The translations under genes were made by a program, and so were the position numbers. A stretch of 63,018 nt of DNA, counting the filler, from Dirinaria sp. TL-2023a (lineage: Eukaryota), in the NCBI GenBank assembly GCA_051941275.1. It is 3 parts of 3 records of this genome, joined end to end, with 100 filler letters (N's around TTAATTAATTAA, not from the genome) between each part and the next. Parts side by side here need not be neighbours in the genome. Positions count along the whole stretch, not along the records: positions 1 to 21,017 come from JAVEBF010000271.1; positions 21,118 to 42,073 come from JAVEBF010000272.1; 1 more part is not named here. One strand, given 5' to 3'. The notes below the pieces were generated by a model, which saw only the letters and a program-made list of their open reading frames with translations, did not search any database and was not told where the DNA came from. Below, piece by piece: positions 11,484 through 23,385 of this stretch (its first letter is position 1; the number at the start of each line of letters is the position of its first letter).

Positions 11484-14400
11484 ATGGACCCTTCGACGGC
11501 TTTTAGCCTTGCCTGCGGGATCATACAGCTTGTGGATTTTAGTCTCAAAGCTTTTAAAAAATGCAAAGAAATCCACGACTATGGCGCCTTATCTGAGTAC
11601 GAAGGAGTCCAAGATACCATACAGCATCTTGTCAATCTTCAAGCGGACCTAAGTCTCCAAGAACTTGCTCAAACATCGGCTAGCACTCAGATATCCAGCG
11701 GAAAAGCGCTCCTCGAACTAGCTGCGCAATGCTCTGGTACCGCTCAGGAACTCGCAGATCTACTTGAGACCTTGAAGGTCAGTGGCTTGGACAAGAAGCG
11801 AGGGGTCTTCAAGGTGTTCTTGAGATCTCTTCGAATAAGACCACAGATCAAAGCAATTCAAGCACGGCTCGATGGGCATCGGAGTGCGATTGATACACAA
11901 TTGTTGGTTAGTCTAAGGTTTGTGGAAAATTATGTTCATTGAAGTCTGCAAATTACTGGAATGGCGACAGAGGAAAGATTGACGGAGCCTGTATAGCGAA
12001 TACATAATTTGGCGAGGTTGGGGTCTCCTTTGCTTAGCAAGCTCCTTGCTTTCTCACGCTTCTTATTCTGTACCAGCCTCTGGCACACCAATCAACTCTA
12101 GACCACCAAGCTGTCTACCTTAGTCATCATGAGAAACCCCTTAACAAGCATCATCACAGCACTCTATTTCACAGATTATTCTTATAGTAAAATTCAAGAA
12201 CGGATGCTGGCTTGCTTGGCAATTCCTATGGAACGGACCATTCGCCATGGCATTTAATAAGATGTTGTTGCTAATTTGTTGTGTGAACAGGCAGCGGTGG
12301 GACTTGAGCACTATCCAACAAAGCCGAGGGTTCAAAGATTTGGAGCAGAAGGTTCAGATCCTAATCACCGGCCTCTCCGCAGGACCAAAAGGGTTCGAAG
12401 AGCTGCGAATTTTACTGCAAAATGAAGGTGAAAGAACAAGGGCGCATATCACGACTGTACTCGAGCGGCAAGCAAGAGGATCAGAGGAGCAAGATTTGCA
12501 TCAACGGCTTCTTGACAGCTTGTGGTTTGACGAGATCAATAGTCGAGAGGAAAGAATCACTGATGCTCATAGAGACACCTTCAAGTGGATCTTTGATAAA
12601 TCTGATCAGGCTCTCGGCCCATGGGATAATTATGTACAATAGCTTGAGAGCGACAAGAGCACGTATTGGATCAATGGCAAAGCGGGTTCGGGGAAGTCGA
12701 CCTTGATGAGCTACTTATGTCAAGATGACCAAACAAAAGATGCGTTGAAACAATGGTCTGAAAACAAACATCTTCTTATGCCCAGATTCTTCTTCTGGAG
12801 TGGCGGAACGTTATTGCAGAAGAGTATCGAAGGACTTCTTCGATCACTTATTTGGCAAATTCTACAGCAATCACGAAACACAGCCGCGGCATTACTTGTT
12901 CGTCTAGGAAAATGGAACAGCACTTTTCAGAGTTCAACGGCAGTGGCTGCTTGGACATCGCGCCGGCTCCGAACAGCATTTGAGGATACATTACAGCAGG
13001 CATTGAGGCTCCATCGGCTGTGTTTCCTCATTGATGGGTTAGACGAGTACGAAGGGGATCAAGACGTCTTGATAAATTTTATCCAAGATATTATAAAAAA
13101 TGTTGGAGTTAAGGTGTGCTTATCTAGTCGACCTGACCGCACGCTTGATGAAGCCTTTGGTTCGTCAGCAAAACTCCGCCTACAAGATCTTACTGAAAAC
13201 GATATTCGCAAGTTCGTGATTGATAAACTTCAATCAGTGCCACAAACGCACTATGTAGGTCTACAAGACCCAAACTTGCTGAACAATGTCAAGGAGAAAA
13301 TTGTACGCAGAGCACAAGGAGTCTTCCTCTGGGTCTCTTTGGCTGTGAAAGATCAGATTCGAGGCCTCAGAAATGACGACAGCCCACAACAACTCACAGA
13401 GAGGTTAGATTGCTTGCCTAATGAAGTCGAGGGAATCTATCAGCGCATGCTAGATCATATCGAGAAACCGCATCGAAGACAGGCCGCACATTGGCTGAGG
13501 GTTGTTCTTTGTTTGAAGTCAAATCCATACCGCACCTTGTCTATACTAGATCTTGTGCTCCTCTCTCAGGAACAATTAGATGATATGGCTGGCTCTCCTG
13601 CGAGGATGCCCGAGCTCGAGCTTGTCGTGGCTTCATTTCGAACCTGGAGAAGGATTGGAACCGTTTGCGCTGGGCTTTTAGAAGTTCACGAGGAGCGCGA
13701 AGTAAGCAAGATTATCAGATTACATTATGAAGCGGAATACACTGGAGAAGCCTTTTCTTCCCTCCTTTACCTTTTCCAAACGACTGTTGACTTTGTTCAT
13801 CGCACAGCCCTCGATTTTATGCAAGATCGAGAAAGAGGATGGGCTTTCCTGGAAAAATATCCGTCCTCAACATTCACCCCTCAATTCGCCGTGGCTCGGC
13901 TTCTAATCGCCGAGCTGAAATTGTTTGGGCCTCACGACTCCACTATAGCATTCGTTATGGAAGAAATTTACCGTGCTGAAATTGAGACTGGAGTTGCGCA
14001 ACCAAGGTTATGTGAGCTCTTAGATAACACCATGCACAGTATAGACCGAACAGAGGCGGAAATGGCCACAAGTTCACATTGGAGTGCGCGTTGGGGGCTC
14101 ATTAGGCACGGTCACATTAAACAGCCACGTTCACTTCAAGGTTTACGATCCTCGAGCAGTCAAACGCAAGTTAGCAACAAGGATTGTATACAAGAGGGTC
14201 TTCAACAGCGGGATTTTCTAACTCTCGCAGCTTCATCCGGGCTTTTACTACACGTGCAACATGCACTTCGTAACTATACGGCACCCCTTGACACAGATAC
14301 GGCAAGTCGTTTATTGTATTGGTCTATTTTCTCAATTGACTCCAAGGTTGTCTCAGGTTTGCGACCTGCTCATCAGATTCTTCCACCCTTATCTCTCGCA

Positions 14401-15336
14401 AATGAATTCCTGAAGCGAGGCGGCAACCCAAATCTAGGTGCTTCGCCTTCAACTACTTGGATATGGTTCTTGCTGGCGATGCTCTACTACCTGCATATTT
14501 TTCAATATTCTGATAAACAGTCCTTCGATCTCGACGAAGCTGAAAAGATTGACATCCAAAGAGCTTTCATGCGAACTACCTTGGCCTTCATTGAAAACGG
14601 CGCAGATCTTCATGTGACCTGCTCCTCGAGTATGTATTCATTGGAACTCGATGAATCTCGGGTCTCCTTCAAAGTACACCTCTCGGCCTTGGTAATAATC
14701 AAGTTGTGTCTGCTTGATCAGCCGGAAATTTTTCGTGTCATTAACAAGGGTAATGCCGAAGGCGCCCGATATTACTCAAAATGCACCCAGCTAGCGGTTT
14801 GGATTGATGATCGCCCTTATCACATTCGCGGTTATCAAGAAAAGGGTCATGAAGAAAGCGTTGAACAACGGACTTTTCATCAAAAGGGCTTTAATCAACA
14901 AGAAGACAGGGATGTGAAAAGAGATTCAAGCTCTAGAGCCTTTGACGCTTACACTCATGACGATCAGGAATTTAGCCAGGAAGGAGATGAAAGAGCCTGC
15001 TTCAGTGATAGCCAGGATAATTTCGGCCAAGAAGGTGAGAGAGTCGAGAAGGCAAAGGGCCCTCTAGCCTTTGGCTCTTCCGTTCATGATGATCAAGAAG
15101 ACGTGCATAGGGGCGAAGCTTGGATCTTCTTGTCCTGGAGACCTCCAAGAATGGGACATCTCAAGGTCTATGACGTGCGTGAGGAGGAATCAGCTACATT
15201 TTTAGAATTTTTCTTAAGGAGGCCTAAACTTCAAGCGAACAGCAGATATTGGCACAGGATTCACGACCTTGCTGACGAGATTCAAGAAAATCGCACGGAG
15301 CCTTCACGCGAAATCGCCGACCCATGGTTGTTTTAA
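11484..15336 (+). pseudogene. Fungal NLR-like STAND protein (SesA/HeLo-like N-terminal helical domain + NACHT NTPase) with one in-frame TAG at 12640-12642
   Basis: N-term MDPSTAFSLACGIIQLVDFS, typical of the fungal STAND N-terminal domain. Intron 11918-12290 joins in frame. Pre-NACHT LDSLWFDEINSREERITDAHRDTFKWIF, then Q*LES, Walker A WINGKAGSGKSTLM, Walker B CFLIDGLDE, KVCLSSRP, AQGVFLWV, FVHRTALDF. Confidence 0.85.
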
Positions 15337-16153
15337 TGCGAGGTAAGTAGTGTATTCTGAGCTGAAGAAAAAGCTATCACTAAATCGACTCAGATCTAAG
15401 GCACCATGCTTCGTTGCCAGTATTGATGATGGTCTATTTTCATTGCTTTGAGATGGAAATCAAGAGCTTTAAGAGACAGAATTCACAGCTTAAAGCGTGT
15501 GCCAATAGTCAATCCATGTTCCATCTTCTTACTATAGTACTAGTTCATGCCATACGATTCCTAGTCGCGTGAGCCGTATCAATAGCATACACTGGCTTTT
15601 TGACCTCTACTGAGAGCCGATATAATGCCAGATAAGTCACTCGCACCACCTTAGAGACGAGACCCCGGATCCCGTACCTATTGGATCATCATATGCGAAT
15701 TTGAATACCTTAACATCTATAACGCAATGTCCAGGCTATCTATGAGCTACTAAAGCCTTACAGCGAGTAGAGTCACTTTATAACCTTTATCCAAAAGCTG
15801 TTGAAACTTTCATAGAACCTTCTTAAAGTCAGGGTTTAGCTAGAGATAGAGCTGAGCCTGCATGTAGCAGGGCGATGAACTACGCATTGATTGCTATTAC
15901 TAGAAATCTCACTTACGCTTTGTCTGGTGAGTGTTCGTATTTATGATCGTTAATATAGTAACACCGATGCCAATACCTCTTGGCACTATATATACATTGC
16001 ACTACACCTCAGTAGCACTTCCATCCCTAGTGTCTTCTTGTTTCTCAACAAATCCTCATCCTACATGCTTCGCGATATTGTCCAACGAGTGCTTAATAAC
16101 AAGTATTGGGAACAGTGGACCGTCCAAGAAGATCAAAATTATGTCGATTCATT

Positions 16154-17523
16154 CTAGTCGCGACCATCTCGGACTGCGCTATCGAGGCCTTTCTCCACAT
16201 CAAGCTCAAATGGCTTTCCCATCGAGACATTCGTCACTGCTGGTGGCCGCTCATTGAGCCGCGTGAAGGTAGTGACTCGGAATCCCCATCCGGTAGTCTT
16301 CTCACTAGAGTTCCTTCTGATAGAGGTGTTCTTCAAAAAGCTTATCACCTTCTCGGGGTACAATCTGAGCAACCAAGGTCGAGAGACAATAAGACAAGCG
16401 CTTATAACAGTGATGGTAGACTCTAACACAGTCCAAATGGTCGACGGCACTATGTAAACTATCAATCTGTCAGCGATCTCCCAGTAGTCGTGTAGTAAGA
16501 CTCGGAGATGGGGGGTGCTGACAGGTTACGTCGTCGTGCTGAAAGAACAGGGTGCTATATCTCACACAGCTCAAGACCATAGCACTGGCAGCATGTCAGT
16601 AAGATGCTTCGTTTAAGGGGGCCCGTGTAACTTACAAACCACCGAGCAAGAATAACACTGTTAGACCAAATCTTTGGAGTTTAGGTAAATGTAGATGCCA
16701 AACCATAGGCAGCGGCAGGATTAGGATGGCGAGATCGGTTGCGATTCCCGGTATTGGCGGCAATATGGCGAGAAGCTGCTTGTTACCACAGTGTGCATCG
16801 ATTTTTGGGTTCCAATTAGACTCTATGGGAATGCAGATCAACGTATCTGCTAAGAAAGTCCCAAGCCACCACAAGATTACGACTACTCCAATGATCCAAG
16901 TCCACACCCGAAAAGATGGCGTCACGAATATCCGATGGAACAGCATTAGGACCGATATCCTCGTAAGTGCAAGTAGCATCGGTTGGAACTGACCAACCGA
17001 ATACCAAAGCTACCAAAATCAACCGTCTGATATTTATTACGAGAATTATAGGAGGAAAAAGAGAAGTCTAAAGACGGGTATATACCTTATTAAAGCCAGC
17101 AAATTGGGCTTCGTTCAATGTCCAAACGTGGCGGCCCAGCCCATACTTGCGTGTGCCTATATGTAGGTTAAGTAAGGACCTCGACGACTTCTTCAACCTA
17201 AGTAACTTACCCACAGCGATATAGATATTTTGAGCTAACGTCAGTACCTATGGCAGAGCTTATCAATGCTTGCTCGAAGGATGGGTTTGGTACAGTATGG
17301 CAATTACCAAAGCAACGACGACCAGCACATCATCAAGACCTATCGCAACTTTCTTTAAATGTCTTGACGAGACTCTGAGGGCCGTAGCAATGACAGCCAA
17401 AACCGAGAATACTACAATAATCGTTATAATTTCCGCATCATGGTTCTCATCTTTGAGTATTGCAAGCTGCTCGGGCGAAAGTCCCTGCGTCAGAGCTGCT
17501 ATTACAGATGCTGAAGACATCAT
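16154..17523 (-). CDS. PTH11-like / fungal rhodopsin-domain 7TM integral membrane protein (no CFEM seen), multi-exon
   Basis: LRVSSRHLKKVAIGLDDVLVVVAL, YGLGRHVW, LTRISVLMLFHRIF, CIPIESNW, TDLAILILPLPMVWHLHL, WTVLESTITVISACL; several short introns. Confidence 0.85.
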
Positions 17524-18630
17524 TCAGGCTGCTTCCCGATCTAAGGCGATATGATTCGAGACGGAAGAATGAAAAGCAAGGATCTCAGAGGCAGATGCTC
17601 TGAGAAAGGAGCGATTTTGGGTTATTGTAAAAGGAGCAAGATTCAAGTCAGGCACTTCTAAGAGCTTGTTCCTAAAGTATTGCTGCTACTCGTCAAACTC
17701 CCAACCCCTCCATATAGATTTGTCGATAGGCACATCATCCATGGCCTAAAGTTGCCTGACGGCAAAGCTCTGCAGGAGAACGAGGGAAGTCTTAAGATCT
17801 ACGTTCGTATGAGAGCAAACTTAACTACATGCGGAGCTAATAACCTTAGGCAGAATTCAATTCATAGACTTTAGTCCTTGCTTGCCACACGATTGCATCT
17901 CGGCAGTTGAAATCGATAAGAAGGATGGGAATAGATTGCTCTAAGTGTTGCACCAGACGGGAGATATCGATTCGAGGGAGGCTGTGATTCATGCACCGAT
18001 CCACTGCGCCGTACATTGGATGCCGATCCGAAGGATTCAAACCAACAGTTCAACCACAGATACCGACAGATATGACATCTGCCGAGGGCCGATTTAATAG
18101 CAAAACGATCATTTGCATTAGCGAAGATGCCGATAGACACGTTTCTGAGATACCTAATGGGCCGCTTAATGGTTTCAATGCCTCTTGAATCCCTTGAGAT
18201 CAGGCTGAGCCTGCATGTAATAAGGCGACGAGCTGCGAAGTCATTGACATCATATGCGGCGCAGAGTCCATCCAATGTGCATTGCGCCATGTCTATAGTC
18301 TGCCCAATGAGAAGGGTTGGTGGGCGAAGGCATTCCCGAGATGTTTGCAAAAGCGAAGATCTCAACCTCACGACGGCTGCAGTTGAGGCAAAGTCCAGTA
18401 CGATTTCCACTGATACAACAGGCAGCTTCAGGAATGATGCCTGCTTATGTCAGCAAGATCTGGTCTTGGCACTTTGGCATACACAAACCCTTTTGCCGCC
18501 TTGAAGGAACCAGACTGTGACTACCAGTTTCAATAAGGTAGCCGTCACTTCATCCAAGTATTATTATCGTGCTGATTGTTTTGGGATTCTCTGTGTCTAC
18601 AGGAAATTTTATTATTTGGATCGAACAGTA

Positions 18631-20177
18631 ATGGCTGTTCATATGTACGAAACCCTCTTCGCACTTCTAGCAGCAACGATAGTGGTGCGTTACAGCACCT
18701 CACTTCGACTCACATCTTGCGCTCTTAACTGATTTCTCCTATCTAGTATTCAATTCTTGCAGCTATCCACAACATCTACTTCCATTCTCTTTCTGCTTTC
18801 CCTGGGCCTCGACTATGGGCTATTTCTCGCATTCCCTATGTTTGGATGCTTGCGAAAGGAGACTTGACACAGCGCACTAAGCAGATCCATGATCGATATG
18901 GACCTGTCGTTCGTCTAGCACCTAATGAGCTCTCATTCATCGATGGGCAAGCTTGGCATGACATTTACGGTCACCATCAAGGCCGCCCAAACTTCCCAAA
19001 GAATCCATTGTGGATGGCTCCAGGGCCGAACGGCATCCATTCGATATTCAGTGCCAATGATGCTGATCACGCTCGTTACAGAAGACTCCTATCGCATGCT
19101 TTTTCCGAACGTGCGCTTCGCCAGCAGGAGCATCTTGTGCTCCAGTACATTGACCTGCTGGTAAACCGGTTGGTCGAGAAAGCCAGATCCCCAGACGCAG
19201 TCGTGGATATTGTACAGTGGCTGAATTTTACAACTTTCGACATTGTTGGTGACTTGAGCTTAGGCGAGTCTTTCCACTGCCTCGACGAATCGCGCTATCA
19301 CGGCTGGGTCTCCATCCTCTTCACGCAATTTAAAGCTGCCGCTATTTTTATCTGCCTTCGCTTCTTCAAACTTGACAAACTTATAAAGATGGTGCTTCCC
19401 CGAAGGGTCCTCAGAAAAAACGCAGAGCATACCAGTATCGCTAACGAGCGTATTCACCGTCGCCTTGAGAGGGGCGACACAGATGCGCATAGAAATGACT
19501 TCATGACCTACGTACTTCGCCACAACGACGAGAAAGGCATGAGTGTTGTAGAGATCGAAACGACCTTTCGTACAATCGTCGTCGCTGGCAGCGAGACAAC
19601 CGCTACAGCTCTCTCGGGCATAATGAGAAGCCTACTCAGCAACCCTTTCGCTTATAATTCGCTAGCGAACGAAATCCGCACCTCCTTCGCACACGGGTCT
19701 GAGATCTGCGCCGACCGTGTCAGCGATCTCCGCTACCTCAATGCGGTCATCGAGGAAGGCTTACGCCTATGTCCGCCAGTAGCACTCGGAATGCCTCGTG
19801 TGGTACCGCCGGGCGGAGCGGAAGTCTCAGGACATCTGCTACGCGCAGGCACATATGTGTCTGCTTCAGGTTATGCGTCGAACCACTCACCTCTCAATTT
19901 CCCGCATGAAGCTGAGGGTTTTGATCCCTCACGCTGGCTCGTAGCGGAGGGTATGGCGAAGCCGCCGGCAGCTTTTAATCCATTTTCACTTGGTCCAAGG
20001 AATTGTCTTGGACGCAACCTAGCCTATCTAGAGATGAGGCTGATATTAGCGAGGTTGTTGTGGCATTTTGATTTTCAGGCTGAAGACCAGCGTCTTGGAA
20101 AGTGGGAAACGCAGAAAACTTGGATTTTGTGGGAGAAGAAGCCCTTGCATGTTAGATTGCGTATCCAACAAGCCTAA
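18631..20177 (+). CDS. Cytochrome P450 monooxygenase (CYP65/Tri11-like)
   Basis: Exon 1 18631-18684 (TM anchor), intron 18685-18746, then FPGPRL, YGPVVRLAPNELSF, I-helix AGSETTAT, ExxR (EEGLR), FDPSRW, heme motif FSLGPRNCLG. Confidence 0.93.
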
Positions 20178-21017
20178 GACAGGGTCTGGGCCTTTTATTC
20201 AAATCTTGACCTCGGATGTAATGGATACGGAAGCACGAAGATTGAGTATCTGCTTTCGAGCCAAGTCTTCCTTTAGCGGACGGCCAGGTGTCCACAGAAC
20301 GCGATTCTGAGAAGGGTCTCCAATTAAGAAATTCTCAGACTGTGGCAATGATGAATCATAATAACGACTTGGAGCACTATCCAAAAAAGAGCTGCTCCCG
20401 TTCATTCTCGCTCTCTCTTTTTTCTTTTTTCTTTTTTCTTTTCTTTTTTGGAACAGGCAGACGCTGATGGACAAACTGACTGTTGGTGTCAAATTCCACC
20501 TCGCGACTCAGGTAGGATCGATATATCTCGTGGTCACTGAGTTTTTACTTTGAAAGGATGCAGCGTCATCTTCGTGCTTGCGATTGGCTATCTTCATGCG
20601 TAGACGGTCCGCATACCATCCGACTCAAAGTCGCCCAAATTGCTCGGAGCCAGGAGAACGTGTGCTAGTGTTCAAGTGCCAAAAGAAGTTGCTTGCGAAG
20701 TGGATCATCATCGAATCTAACCTGTTAACCCATGTTAAAACAACAATCATTGATGCCACGCTCAGCCATAGACTATCATCCATTCGAAAATCTGGCCGTT
20801 GGCGGCTGGTCATGTGTGCAGTAAACCTTTAGCAGCGAGTAATCAGTGAATGGTCACAGTTGAATTTCGTGTTGATTCGTACAAATAGGTATCTCTTACC
20901 TTTTAACCATCAGCTTGTTTGTCTACCACTGGCACACGAGGACATGACAGACAAGCTTGGAGTGCGCTATACGAGGCTCACTTCTTTCCCTTATCCTTCT
21001 TCTTTTTCCCTCCACCA

Positions 21018-21117
21018 NNNNNNNNNNNNNNNNNNNNNNNNNNNNNNNNNNNNNNNNNNNNTTAATTAATTAANNNNNNNNNNNNNNNNNNNNNNNNNNN
21101 NNNNNNNNNNNNNNNNN
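21018..21117. other. Artificial contig linker (N44-TTAATTAATTAA-N44)
   Basis: N runs flank TTAATTAATTAA, which gives stops in all six frames; an identical linker is at 42074-42173. Confidence 0.95.
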
Positions 21118-23385
21118 GACATAGCCTTCTTCATCCTCGAAATAGCTCTCGGCGCCGGAACTCGCGTCGAAACTGCTCCTTCCTCCATCACCACCACCAC
21201 CGGCACCGCCAGGGCCACCGACATCGTCCATCTCTTCGCCGCCCGACTGTTGGAGTTGATCCCACTGCAGGCCCTGCAGGGCGGGGTACTGTGCCAACAA
21301 CGCTGCTGGGAATGCGAAACCGCCACCGCCGCCGCCGCCGCCGTTGAGGTTCGGGTTCAGCGGTTGATGGTCGGGGGCCAGACCGCCCTGGGCCGCGAGC
21401 ATGGACTCGTCGAACTGGCGCTGACGCTCCATGGCCTCTTCGTCCAGCAGCGGCTTGATACAGATCCGGCCGGCCTCGGATCGGAAATGGCGGCCGAGGG
21501 CGTCCACGCGGGCGAAGCGCCGGCCGCAACCCCAGTTGCCCCCCGTGCCCAGCTCGCCTTTACACACGAAGCGCTTCTCGCCGCTGTGTAAGCCTTCGTG
21601 GCGCTTGCGGTCGTGCTGACGCGCGAAGGCTTTGCCACAGACGGTGCAGACGAAGGGGCGCTCGTCGGTATGCGTTCGGAGGTGTGAGCGGAGGTTGTAT
21701 GCGCGGGTGAAGCGTTTTGGGCAGAGGTTGCATTGGAAGGTGGCGGGGTGTTTTTGGACTCGTTTTTCTGCGCCCGAAGCTGGTGGGCGGGTTGGGTCCG
21801 CTAGCTCGAGGATGTAGTCTCTGTTCGGGATTGATGAGGTGGAAGATCGTCGGGATTTAGAGGCTGGAGAGGCGTCGCGCGACGAAGGCGCGCCAGTGAA
21901 GGAGATATCGAAGGGGGAGAGGGACCGGTTTCTGTTGGACATTGAATCGGTTTCATTAGAGGAGACTGGGGAGGTAGGTGTCAAGGGGCGCGAGATGTAT
22001 GGGTCGGATTTAGCGCGCATTCGGCCGCGGCGGCCTGTTGTTAAGGTTAGTCAAGTAAAGGGACAGCGAACAAAATTGCTATTCTGACCTCGTTCAGGTG
22101 GACTAAGCGCGTCGAGATCGTTATCAGGGCGAAGAGGCTCAAAGTTGGTTTGTCGTGAGGGGGGCGCCAGTTCAACATTGATTTCCGGTGGCGCCATTTG
22201 GGCAGCCTGACCGATATCGCCGGAGTCTTGACGCATTGCGAATTGACCATAGTTTTGATTGGGTGAGGTTGTGTATATCTCTGGCCCAGTTTGCCCATTG
22301 AAGTTGGCTTGCATATCGTTCGACAGCATGAAGTTGTTATCCTGAGGTAGGCCGAAGCCTGAATGAGGCGTCATTCGAGGCGAAGGATACGGGCTATGCC
22401 TCGGACTAATTTGCTCACGATGTTGCTGCTGGTGCTGCTGTTGATGGTGTTGCTGAGCCTGCTGTTGTGGATCTGACAAGCTGAAAGACTCGATGCCCAG
22501 GGCATCAGTATATAGCTGCGGATCTTGCTGAGCTCCCAACATGGGCGAATGACTTTGATCAAATGCCTCGAAGCTGTCTTGCTGACCAAGGTACGGCGAA
22601 GGCGCTACTGATGACGAGACATCGGAATGCTCTGATGGCGCTCGTCGATGGGTCTGGAACTGTGCTCCGGACATCACGCCTGCCCAGTCTGTCGGCTGCT
22701 GGCCATTTGGGAAGTTCGCGGTGGAGGGATCCAATGACGCATGTCGTGAATGGTCTGGAGAAAAGTGTTGGCCGGTTGGGGACGGGGAACCATGCCTTGA
22801 CGAGACGAGGTCTGGAGGCATTAGATTAGGAGGTGTCGAGTTCATGTTCTGAGGTGAGGACATAGTGCTCATGATATCTGCAGGATTGATGGATTGGTGC
22901 TGTGCTTGCATGTTCACTTGGAGTTGAGGATCAAGCATGTAAGGGTTATCGAATGGCAGACTCTGCTTGGTTACGAACTCCTGGTCCTGTGTGAAATCCC
23001 CAAATTCCCTCGACTCGAGTATATTAGAGTTGAACTGGTTACTGTGCTCAGCATGTAGCTGCGGTGCTCTTCGAGAGTGGCTTGTGCCCTCCGCGTCGTA
23101 CTGAGTTGGGAGAGTTGGGTCACTAAAATCGTTACTTGGTAAGACGTGCTGTTGCAACGACAATTGATGTGAGTTCCCATTCATATACGGCACGTTGTAT
23201 TGGATGCCATTGCCAGCGGTGGAGAGGGTGTTCGAAGAGTAGTCCTGTGAGGTGAGTTCTGGAGTGGTAAAGGTAGGATCTAGGTTCTGCCCGTTGTATC
23301 GATGCGGCGATGGAGAATGCCTTATACGATTCTGGGGTAAGTTGCCGGCAGACGACGACCTTCCCCGATGCTGTTGAGGTTCCAT
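21118..23385 (-). CDS. crz1: Calcineurin-responsive C2H2 zinc-finger transcription factor Crz1/CrzA; 3' end lost in the gap
   Basis: [19 protein letters not shown] serine-rich region, PxIxIT-like [10 protein letters not shown], intron at about 22087-22036, [63 protein letters not shown], atypical third finger [22 protein letters not shown]. No stop codon before the Ns. Confidence 0.93.

Noticed and set aside
17871..18504. ORFs of 125-179 aa between the PTH11-like gene and the P450
   Set aside because: They overlap on both strands in the divergent promoter, with no domain signal or coding-like composition.
21062..21073. TTAATTAATTAA palindrome occurring twice (also 42118-42129) as a possible transposon end or target site
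   Set aside because: Embedded in equal N runs; it is a synthetic contig linker.
21188..21817. Several overlapping alternative-frame ORFs over the crz1 3' exon
   Set aside because: Expected shadow ORFs in very GC-rich coding DNA; no motifs.
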